In this document: positions 38,519 to 49,129 of the stretch, piece by piece | How positions within the stretch are numbered: position 1 is the stretch's first letter | How the letters are laid out: each line of letters begins with the position of its first letter | Assembly: GCF_006345805.1 (NCBI RefSeq) | Contig: NC_042997.1 | Span: forward strand, 169,384,001-169,448,000 | Direction of reading: 5' to 3' | From: Octopus sinensis | Lineage: Eukaryota | Length of the DNA: 64,000 nucleotides | Made by a program: the position numbers and the translations under genes | Notes under the pieces: model-generated | Told to the model about the DNA's origin: nothing | What the model saw: the letters and a program-made list of their open reading frames with translations, nothing else | Databases searched by the model: none

Positions 38519-39605
38519 TCTTCACATTCTGAGTTCAAATTCTGCTGAGGTCAACATTGCCTTTCATCCTTTTGAGGTTGATAAAATAAATACCAGTTGA
38601 GCCCTGGGGTTCATGTACCCCAGAATTATTGACCTTCTGCCAAAATTTGAAATCATTGTATTATATTGTTATATAATATAAATTATATGTAATATATAAA
38701 ATATATATTATTATATTGTTTGATTATAACAAATAATTGTAATCACAATAACAACACCAAACTTAGCAATATCATGTGAATCACAACAGCTGTCTTATTA
38801 AGAAGTAAGGCAAGCATGCAAGAAAGGTAGCATTGAAGTAAAGTGGGTGTGGTGTGGAGTAGTAAGGTGTTGTTAGGTTAGGATTTGACATTATCTCCTA
38901 ATAAATTTCCCAGACCAAGTAAAAAGAAAATAATTAGCTACTGATAAACAACTTAGATAAGATACAGGGCAGACAAATGTATGGATTTTATTCTGTTCAT
39001 TGAAGCTTGTCTTCAACATAATGGTCAGGCTTTTATCCTAGTAAAAACCATAATCCTACTGGAGACGGGGAAACACTAAGGATATACCACAATCAGGTCA
39101 CCAAACCTATTTGAGTAATGAGAATGGAAATTGCTTAATGGTACTTACAGACTGTAAGTGATGAAGGGCCATTAATTTACAATATTAGAAATGTAAAGGA
39201 TAACTTTTACATCTTACATTATGAATGAAGGAAATGAGATGAAATGAAAGAAAATGAAACAAAAAGAAAGCAATGATGGATGAGTGTAATTAAAGGGTAA
39301 CTGGAATGATTCTGCAATAAAATAGTAATTAAAACATTGTGAGAAAGCCTAAAAAATCAGTGAATTTTCAGTATATGTAAATAATGTATATAAAGTTAGA
39401 TTTACGGAAGCACAGTAACTATAACAAAATTGCTAGGATATAGGTATGTAATAAAAGAATATAAACAGGTAGGAAGTATTTTGTTTGTATTTAATAAAGC
39501 ATAACAATTGAGGATGATAAATTGAATATTAATTTAATTAACATCAATTTAAAACCAGTGGCATAGCATATAGTAAAATCTGAAAATTCAGAAAAATTGT
39601 ATTAC

Positions 39606-39803
39606 ATGTGCATAAGAAGGGATGACCACTAAGTGGACATCCAATATGCTAGAAATAGATCACCTACGATCTGACCACAAAGAAAAGAATGTTCGGCAAA
39701 CACCAGAATATAAGTGGGTAAGACAAATGAAAATATATAAAATAGGTGATCTATTTCTACCATATTGGATGTCTACTTAGTGGTCATCCCTTCTTATATG
39801 CAT
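39606..39803. repeat. Inverted repeat with ~57-bp arms and ~76-bp spacer
   Basis: ATAAGAAGGGATGACCACTAAGTGGACATCCAATATGCTAGAAATAGATCACCTA and its near-perfect complement, next to (TA)n. Confidence 0.9.
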
Positions 39804-39819
39804 ATATATATACATATCA

Positions 39820-40240
39820 TCATCATCATCATCGTTTAACGTCCGCTTTCCATGCTAGCATGGATTGGACGGTTCAACTGGGGTCTGGGAAGCCAGAAGG
39901 CTGCACCAGGCCGAGTCTGATCTGGCAGTGTTTCTACAGCTGGATGCCCTTCCTAACGCTAACCACTCCGTGAGTGTAGTGGGTGATTTTTACGTGCCAC
40001 CGGCACAGGTACCAGATGAGGCTGGCAAACGGCCACGATCGGATGGTGCTTTTTACATGCCACCGGCACGGAGACCAGACGAAGCTGGCAACGGCCACGG
40101 TCGGATGGTGCTTTTTACATGCCACCGGCACGTAAGCCAGTAAGGGTGGCGCTGGCTATGGCCACGTTCAGATGGTTCTCTTACGTGCCACCGGCACTGG
40201 TATCACAGCTACAAATTCCACTGATGTTGATAGATTACGA
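39820..40240 (-). mobile_element. RTE-LINE 3' tail copy with ~4 internal units
   Basis: Family match; (CAT)n end on the plus strand. Confidence 0.85.
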
Positions 40241-40887
40241 TTTTGATTGTATATACATATACATATACATATATTCTAATTCATCCCGTAATCTGTACCA
40301 GTAATATTCTCATGCAAATTTGTCTGATCTCTAGTGGTTAAGCTGTTTATTATTATTATTATTAGTAGTAGTATTAGTATTATCCCTTTGATCCCCAGTC
40401 GTCAATTTGTTTATTATTATTATTTTCAGCTTCGCCTCGTATTGCATATTATGTATAATTTATTAGTTATCGTTGACCATCGGTTCCGGCCTCGTGTCTC
40501 GCTAAATACAGAATAGATATTTAAGTTTCTCCATACAGGGGTTTTCTATGGCGGCCGATTTTCGCGGGGTTCCACTATTCCCTTTCTCTCTCTCCCTCTT
40601 TTACGTTGTCTGCCCTGCCCCTCTTCCTTCCCCCTTCCATTGCTAAGAGCATTTTTAAGCCAGCCCGTCAAGTAACGTGCCTCATTTCTTGATTATGTTT
40701 TTATCTATCTATCTATTTTATCTACTTACTAATTACTAATACGCTTAAGCAGTTGTCATTGTATTCCTTAATTCCTCTCATCATTATGTGCCGATAATTT
40801 CTCCATTTCTCCACCGTCCCTTTATTAATTTTGCCCGTCCAAGTCCTCGCTCTCTCGTCTTTCAACCTTCGCGTATTCGCGGTGCAC

Positions 40888-41219
40888 CCGCCCTTGCCCA
40901 CCCCCACCACCAACACCAACACCAACACCAACACCAACACCAACACCAACACCAACACCAACACCAACACCACCAACACCAACACCAACACCACCAACAC
41001 CAACACCAACACCACCAACACCAACACCAACACCACCAACACCAACACCAACACCAACACCAACACCAACACCACCAACACCAACACCACCAACACCAAC
41101 ACCACCAACACCAACACCAACACCACCAACACCAACACCAACACCACCAACACCAACACCAACACCACCAACACCAACACCAACACCAATACCGCCCTTG
41201 CCCACCCCCACCACCAACA
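40888..41219. repeat. (CCAACA)n/(CCA) array between 28-bp direct repeats
   Basis: CCGCCCTTGCCCACCCCCACCACCAACA at 40888 and 41192. Confidence 0.95.
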
Positions 41220-41429
41220 ACAATACCGGATATCTCTATATTTTTGCTCCATCTATACCGGATGTCGCTTCTCCCACCACCATTATAGGTGTCTACTCTT
41301 CGAACCCCCCTCTTCAATACGCTATTTCACCATGCATTACCCCTCTCGTGATATCCTACGTTCTACTTGTCTAGAAACTTTCATCGTTTCTCCGAACACC
41401 CCTCCCCACTGGTGCTCCCCTATATTTCT

Positions 41430-41742
41430 GCACCATCCGAACGTGGCCGATGCCAGCACCGCCTCGACTGGCTTCTGTGCAGGTGGCACATAAAAAGCAC
41501 CAACTGACCGTGGCCGATGCCAGACCCCTCTGGCACCTGTGCAGGTGGCACGTAAAAAGCACCCACTACACTCGCGGAGTGGTTGGTGTTAGGAAGGGCA
41601 TCCAGCTGTAGAAACACTGCCAGACCAGACTGGAGCCTGGGGCAGCCCCTGGCTCCCCAGACCCCGGTCGAAACCGTCCAACCCATGCTAGCGCGGAAAA
41701 CGGACGTTAAACGATGATGATGATGATGATGATGATGATGAT
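41430..41742 (+). mobile_element. RTE-LINE 3' tail copy
   Basis: Family match; (GAT)n end. Confidence 0.85.
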
Positions 41743-41798
41743 ATTAGAAGGTTTGAAGATGATGTACAGGTATTTTATATTAGAAGATATATACGTAC

Positions 41799-41848
<50 letters not shown>

Positions 41849-41924
41849 TATATATATTTCTGTTTATATGTATATATAATTTCTGTCTTGTGTATGTATA
41901 TATATATATATAGAGAGAGAGAGA

Positions 41925-42110
41925 AAGTTTACGAAAAAAACAAAAGACGAAGACAGGTGGTGCAGAAAACAAAGATGTATTAGTATAGCACTCAGGAATA
42001 GAAAAAGTCTTTTACGTTTCGAGCCTACGCTCTTCTACAGAAAGGTACACAGAAAAAACAAGGAGAGAAGAGAAAAAAGTGTGTGTTGTGGCTAGCGATC
42101 TACCATGGCG
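41925..42110 (-). mobile_element. Penelope-type pLTR fragment (second copy at 43790-43990)
   Basis: Two alignable copies, both embedded in microsatellites and both carrying a hammerhead-like fold. Confidence 0.6.
42008..42045 (-). ncRNA. Hammerhead-like motif with variant core CUGUAGAA
   Basis: CCTTT-CTGTAGAA-GAGC-GTAG-GCTC-GAAA-CG-TA-AAAGA. Confidence 0.45.
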
Positions 42111-43544
42111 TGTATATATATATACACAAAGCAGAAATTGAATGATTACTATTAATGCTACTATTTTTTGTGTGTGATAACCCAATTACAAACACCAATG
42201 TTTTTTACAACTGTCTTTTCCTTAATTTTAGTCATCCTCTGTCCCTTTTTCTGTTGCAAGGTTTCCCTCCTCTATTCTTTCTTTTCCTTCTTCATTTCCT
42301 GCCTTCCCTTCTCTTCCTCTTCTCTCTTTATCTCTCTTCCACTTACCTTATTGCCTCTCTTTGCTCTCTTTGCTCTCTTTGCTTCTCTCCCCATGCTTGT
42401 AGAATTCTTTCAGTGTTCTGCTTGGTTTACAACCAGAAATGACTCCGTAGAAAGTAGCATTAATTTTCTAGGTCATTCAATTTTTCACAACTGATCAATG
42501 GGCCACTTGAGTAAACCTATCAATAGTGAACCTATAATGACTACTAGAAACAGCTGTAAGTCAAATTTACTACAATAAAGAAATATGCAATGACCATTTT
42601 TTCATGCCTTGTCTTGTATATTATTCTGTGTAAAAACCAATATAACTGGAACACAACAATGAGTTTACAATATTGAATGGTGATGAACTATAACCCCAGA
42701 CCCCGCCACAAGAATACACAGTGTTCTTTGCAATATAAACAATATTGTGATCCTGGTGTACTAACAGAGAGCCTATAAGGTATTTGCCTTGATTGATAAT
42801 CCCTCTCTTATAACTCTTTTTAAATGTGTGTGTGTGCACATGTACACACACACGCATACACACACACACACATATACATACATATGTATGTATATATGTA
42901 TGTATGTACATGTATATGCTATAATTTATATCCCAAATGCTAATTTTGATTGAAGTTTGAACTACTATTTGGCCTTGCATAACAAAGCATATATGTAGGA
43001 GCGCCCATTATGTTCATGAGCTCTTGAGAAAATTTTGTCATTTGTAACATAATAATATACATAGCTAGATTATAGGTGTCTTACCAAGGAAAAATTTTTC
43101 AAGACAGAGGGGCCAGGGAGAATGAAAGAAAGAAGTAAAGAAGGAAGGAAGGAAGAAAGGAAAACACAGTTTCTTCTTATACAAGCTCTTGTAAGATATA
43201 AACAAGCATTAACTGCTAGCATTGGAAATGTCCAAAAATATGAATTGCTCCTCTCTAAGTGTCGTTCTAATTAGAGAAAGAAATCAAAAGACTTTGCATG
43301 AATAATTAGGAAAATAGAATTTATCTCACAGTTGTAATTATTAAACTATAAAGCTGTGAATAAAGTTTTACAATTGACTGGGGAAAAAATATATTCTTTA
43401 CAATAATAATTTACTCAGAAAGATCTAAGCAGAAATTATATCCTAGAGAATAGATATAATCAATATCCTAAAGGCTAATATTGATTCAACTTTTGGGGCC
43501 CTACTTTGTCTTGGATACACACACACACATATGTGCATGCACAC

Positions 43545-43755
43545 ACATGTATGTATGTATGTATGTATGTATGTATGTATGTATGTATGTGTGTGTGTAT
43601 GTATGTGTGTATGTATGTATGTATGTATGTATGTATGTATGTATGTATGTATGTGTGTGTGTATGTATGTGTGTATGTATGTATGTATGTATGTATGTAT
43701 GTATGTATGTATGTATGTATGTGTGTGTATGTATGTGTGTATGTATGTATGTATT

Positions 43756-43785
<30 letters not shown>
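43545..43785. repeat. (TATG)n/(TG)n microsatellite with ~64-bp higher-order pattern
   Basis: Visible directly. Confidence 0.9.
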
Positions 43786-43787
<2 letters not shown>

Positions 43788-43876
43788 GGGAAAGTTTACG
43801 AAAATAAACAAAAGATGAAGGCAGGTGGAGTACAAACAAACAAATGTATTAGTATAATGCTCAGGAATAGAAAAAG

Positions 43877-43914
43877 TCTTTTACGTTTCGAGCCTACGCT
43901 CTTCGACAGAAAGA
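43877..43914 (-). ncRNA. Hammerhead-like motif with variant core CUGUCGAA
   Basis: TCTTT-CTGTCGAA-GAGC-GTAG-GCTC-GAAA-CG-TA-AAAGA; perfect 5-bp helix I. Confidence 0.45.
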
Positions 43915-43994
43915 TACACAGAAAAAAACAAGGAGAGAAAAAAGGAGAGAGAAAAATGTGTGTAGGAGCTAACGATCTATCATGGCGTCCTGAC

Positions 43995-44025
<31 letters not shown>

Positions 44026-44233
44026 TGTATGTATGTATGTATGTTTGTTTTCTACTCTGATTATCTACTCCATCATTGCCCACAGTTTCCCACTGTATTT
44101 GTTCTTTCATGCAATAGAAAAATTAAATGCACAGGGTGAGCTATTTTATTTATAACATGTTTGCATGTGTGTGGGGAGTGTTGTACACATACAAATGTAT
44201 GAATAAATATTTAAATACATATTTATTATATTA

Positions 44234-45162
44234 GAACTAGAGGAAAAGATTCAGGTATGGAAGCAAGGATTAGAATCGAAGGGCCATAGAGTCAACCTAG
44301 CTAAAATCAAAATCTTAATAAGTAGGAAGGCAGATAAACCACAAATCCTTCAGGTAGATGGCCCTGCTCGATCTGTAGAAAAGGCATAGGTAGAAACTCC
44401 ATAAGATGTACCCAGTGTAAGTTATGGACACATAAGAGGTGCAGCAATATTAAAGGAAGGCTAACTGGAAAGATAGTTTTGTAGTGACCCTATACAACGG
44501 CGCGCGCTCGCGCACCGTCCGTTTGTATTTCACGCGTGCGGGGTTGGTGCTTTCACCACCGGAAGAAGAACCCTTTTGCCTACGTAGCAGTTAGCCGAGG
44601 CAAGGGGATCGTAAGACGTTGACCACCAGCGTCCAGCAAGCAGCGACTTGAGACAGCAGCGACTGAAGGCGACGGTCACGTATATTTTCTCTCCGTCAGA
44701 ACTAGATTCTAGCAGCACCTTACCAAAAGGCCTTTAACCAAATTGTTGCAGACCAACATCGTCTCCATTGTTCGCCGCCATCTTTGACCAGTGTCGTTTT
44801 GCATTTGAACACTTTCTTATTTTACAGAGATAAGGTTCAGCTCGACACCTTTATACCAAAGGGATACCAGATAACCACTTATTGTTACTGTTACCACATT
44901 AGAGAATAAAGTAGTATATATATCTTTTACGTCTGCGTCTTGTTGTTTCTGACTGGTAGAATTCTGGATTATTAAAGCAAGGGCTAGTGATTGCCTCTTG
45001 TACCCCGAAAGTACAAGAGAAGAAATATTCACACATATTCCTTACAGTTTTGTATGTGGCAAATGCTCAGGAGCAATAAACATGTGCAGAGAACAGTTTC
45101 TGTCATTCCGGGGAGAAAAACTACAAGTAGTTGATAGCTTTCATTACCTAGGTGACCAAGTC
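44234..45162 (+). mobile_element. RTE LINE ORF2 fragment (44234-44479 plus 45047-45162) split by a solo LTR
   Basis: EEKIQVWKQGLESKGHRVN...GRWPCSICRKGIGRNSIRCTQCKLWTHKRC | FVCGKC...EKLQVVDSFHYLGDQV. Confidence 0.9.
44480..45046 (+). mobile_element. Solo LTR (Ty3/Gypsy-like), 567 bp, CpG-rich
   Basis: TGTA...TACA termini; TSD GTTT at 44476-44479 and 45047-45050; YY1-like CCGCCATCTT 44775; AATAAA 44905 (strand inferred from it). Confidence 0.85.
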
Positions 45163-45452
45163 GGCAGCTTCCTGTTGCTGGTTTGGCAACCACAGACTAG
45201 TTTCAAAGTAGTTGCCTCTTATCAATGTGGAGTAGCTGAACCCAGCAGTCGTCACTGCTGACCGTAGTCTCCTTTAGAGAGAATTAGAAATAATGATATT
45301 TGTATTTTTGAAAACCAGTGGATGTATTCCACTGAATTTAGGTAAACAATCCTTCAGCAATGCCTGCTGGGTTCGACTACTCCACATTGATAAGAGGCAA
45401 CTACCTCGAAACTAGTCTGTGGATGCCACACCAGGAAGGGGAAGCTGCTGAC
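45160..45452. repeat. Inverted pair (~90-bp arms 45160-45248 / 45364-45452) of hammerhead-containing Penelope-type pLTR units
   Basis: Arms align as reverse complements, near-identical over the central ~60 bp. Confidence 0.85.
45382..45422 (+). ncRNA. Minimal type I hammerhead ribozyme with U3-A8 covariant core
   Basis: CCACA-TTGATAA-GAGG-CAACTA-CCTC-GAAA-CTAG-TC-TGTGG: perfect helices I and II, palindromic helix III, GUC site; antisense twin at 45190-45230. Confidence 0.8.
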
Positions 45453-45567
45453 CTCCCCTGTTCGAAGGTTATAATGGACAGAGGTTTGTGTGTCACATAG
45501 CTAGCTAGAGAAGATGGCCTCTTGGAGCTAATTCTGGACTGCCATGTTAGCTTGCCAATAACTATTA

Positions 45568-45604
<37 letters not shown>

Positions 45605-45703
45605 CAAAATAAGCAACAGTATATCAAGAAGTGATGCAGTAAGAGTTTCAAGTGGCTCCATTTAATTGAAGAATACAATCATTGCATCAATTTAAATGCA
45701 GAG

Positions 45704-45854
<151 letters not shown>

Positions 45855-46096
45855 TAACTATAAGATCCAGGGATTGAGGTGTAGGAAGAAAGTTAGCTTC
45901 AAGCAATCCATAATAAATGTAAAAAAGACAACTTTCAGGGGCAATAGTGGTTTATTGAGACAGAAGGTTGTGGATATTTTTCGTATTGAAGTATGATAAA
46001 TTGAAAAAAGTTCTTTTTATATTTCACAGTAGGTGACCAGGGTTGTCGTATGTGCAAATAAAAATACAAGAGTTAAGGAATGGAGTAGATAAGATC

Positions 46097-46182
46097 TGGG
46101 CTACATATGTTTCATAGCAAGTGGAACCTCAGAAGTGGTAAATATCCAAGCAAAGTGTACCACAGGCTATTCTTCAGGCCCA
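46097..46182 (-). ncRNA. Type I hammerhead ribozyme with canonical core (HHR1)
   Basis: TGGGC-CTGAAGA-ATAGC...GCTAT-GAAA-CATATG-TA-GCCCA; predicted cut between 46102 and 46101. Confidence 0.85.
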
Positions 46183-46555
46183 CAGGGAAGTACATGTTAA
46201 CACATGGAAGATTCATTCAGAAAGTGTTGGGATATCCTTAAGCAACAAGTTTACTTTCATTTTCTCCATGTCTTCTGCACAATTAGCGTTCACTAATCTA
46301 GTGAACAAGTTATATATAAATATAAGATCCAGAGATCAAGGTGTAGGAAGAAAGTTAGTTTCAAGCAAACTGTAGTAAATATAAAAAGCAACTTTCAGGG
46401 ACAATAGTGGTTTATTGAAATGGAAGATTGTGGATTTCTTTTGTATCAAAGTACAATAAACTGAGAAAAGTTCTTTTTATATTTCATGGTAAGTGACCAG
46501 GGTTGCTGGGTGTGCAAAAAAGAATACAAGAGTTAAGGAATGGAGTAGATAGGAT

Positions 46556-46646
46556 CCAGACTACATATGTTTCATAGCGAGCAGAAAACTCGGAAGTGGT
46601 AAATATCCAAGCAAAGTGTATACCGCAGGCTACTCTTCAGGCCAAG
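46556..46646 (-). ncRNA. Type I hammerhead ribozyme with canonical core (HHR2)
   Basis: CTTGGC-CTGAAGA-GTAGC...GCTAT-GAAA-CATATG-TA-GTCTGG; helix I has wobbles and one mismatch; predicted cut between 46562 and 46561. Confidence 0.75.
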
Positions 46647-49129
46647 AACATCTGGATTAAATATCTGCCTGTAATACAAAAAGATTATATAATAGAATAA
46701 TAAATGATTATTTTTTTACTTACATTTTTACTTAATGAAACAATAAAATGATTAGTTTTACTTATCGATAACAAGATAACTTGGATGTGGGGAACATTAG
46801 TAAATTTATGTGCAGATAGCTTTAGTCTTATATAATTATGTGTAAAATAATGTGGCCACTATTGTCGATACATATGAAAGTGTTTCAGTTTGGGTAATTG
46901 AACAATACTGAAGGGAATTGAATAATATCAAAAGAAATAAGTTAAATGATTGTTGTGATGATACATATCAATAAAAAGAAAATAAGATAACTAGGTTTTT
47001 GGTGGAATACAATTATCTGACACACACATACACAAAGTAAATGGATTCTCCATTGGTTCTGAGGATAAGTGCTTCAAGTTGTTCAGTCATCTGAAGCACC
47101 AACTCATTATATTAGTGTGTTAGTGGCTACCAATTACACAGATAGTTATACCTTTAATGTAATTTTCAGTTATTATCAACATGACACAGTATGTAACATG
47201 GATGGTCTTTAATGTTTCAGATATTGTCCATTTCAGATACTGTCCTTTCAAATATTGCCTCTCATATGTTTTCTGTTTATCCAATCTCACTTATGAAGCA
47301 GAAGACATTTATCCAAGATCTAATACACAAAGGTATTGAAACTGGGACTTCATGATTGTGAAGTGAACTTCTGAACTATAGGAAAAAGTGATTGTGGTTT
47401 TTCAGGAAAGAATAAGCAGAATTAATTTGGTAAAACATTTATCTATTTATGTGCTGAGGAAACAGGCACAAAGTGATACAAGTGATGTTCCTTTGAAAGA
47501 GATGGGAGGTGTATATGTTAATAAATTGGCTGTTTTCTTGAGTATGTACCTTGCAATTATTACTATTAAATTTTGAAATATATATATATATATATATATC
47601 AATATTTTGAAAAAAAAAAAAGCACACTCCACCTTCAAATGTAGTGAGTACTATTTTTGTTTCGCAGACATGTTAACTCTATATCTAAGGATAACTACAC
47701 TAATGTGTGTATGTGTGTGCAGCATGCATGTAATGTGTGTGTATGTGTGTGTGCATGCACCTGTTCCTGCTTAATTATATAAATTATTTAATTGTTTTTC
47801 TTTTCAAAACACTTAGCAATCTAGCATCAATAATAGGAATAACCAATCAGTTTATTGCATATGCAAATAATGTCAATTTTGGTTAATTGTATAATATTCT
47901 TCTCAATTTTAGGTGAAGACTTGGCAAAATGCAGTTTAAAATTGAGCATCAATTTTATATGAATAAAGAATACACTTACACACCCCAACCCCACACGTAC
48001 ACACAGTTGATTCCACTTAATTGCATTGGCTCATTGACTGAAATAAATTATCAATTCAATTAACCAAATTATAGAATTAGCTGAAATTACTGTACAAAGC
48101 AGTCAATAAATAATAAGATATCAATATAGTGTCAGTAGTAATGTATCTAATGTATTATGGCTGTTTTACATGCACATGGATCATGTAATTCTTCCTAATT
48201 TCAGCATAAACCCAGCAATGTTGAGGGAAAGGGGAAAGGGGAATATATTACATGAACCCCAGGACTTGACAGCTACTTTTATTTTTTTATCAATCCTCAA
48301 AGGATTAAAAGCAAAATCAACCTTGACAGAATGTAAAAAGCTGGAAAAAATGCCACTAAGCAGTTCTTCCAACAAATGATTCTACCAGCTTTCTACTTTG
48401 TGTGGACCTTATAGTAAGACAAGAATGAAGTGTGTTCTTTTTGTTTTGTTATTGACAATATGCTTTGTGTAGAGATAATCTTTTTTTTTTTATTAATATG
48501 TATCAGGATGGCAGTCGTTTGATTAATTCTTTTTGTTGCTATTCAATTCCCTTTGATATTTTTCAGTTACCTAAGCAGAAGCACGTTCATATATATCAGC
48601 AACAACTGCCTCATTATTTCACTTGTTATTCTACAGATCAATGATTGTATGTGTACACATAATTTTCTGCTGTTCTGCCGATCCAAGTTAACTTTACTAT
48701 CTTTTTTTATTGATACCTACAGACTGATCATTTGACTTATCACATATGAGATTTTTCCAATTCCTTTTCATATTCTTCAATTACCCAAGCTTGATACGTC
48801 TCCACATTGACTTCTACATTGAATTACTCAATAATAATAACTTTGACCATGCAGGTTATAAAAAATTTAATTGAATCACAGTCTTACATATGTTGATAAT
48901 AAAAAATAACAAAGTGTCAAATCACTGCTTGATTTATAATTATTTTTTATAAACCTTATCTGGAATGAAGATTTTTATGTGTTGAAGAAATTTATTACAA
49001 TATTAAAAATATGATAAAATTGCACCAGAATATGAATGCTGATAGTGTTTGATTCATTGAAGTAGTTAGACTAACTTGAATATAAATTTAACTTTTTTAA
49101 CATTGGTTGTTTGCAAATACGAAGTACTG

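Noticed and set aside
40312-40319. Octamer ATGCAAAT as a possible snRNA distal element
   Set aside because: No snRNA-like gene seen downstream; one 8-mer in 64 kb of AT-rich DNA is expected by chance.
40722-41493. Poly-GV, HQ, TN and WC ORFs; telomere-like reading of (TTGGTG)n
   Set aside because: Hexamer-repeat artefacts; the molluscan telomere repeat is TTAGGG.
42485-42565. Hammerhead-like CTGATCA...GAAACAGCTGTA (also ~25400-25470 minus)
   Set aside because: The core breaks the C3-G8 pair and helices I and II cannot be formed convincingly.
44530-44800. AAGATGGCGGCG as a housekeeping-gene start, and the 62-aa ORF
   Set aside because: Lies inside the TSD-bounded solo LTR; the ATG frame stops after 15 codons.
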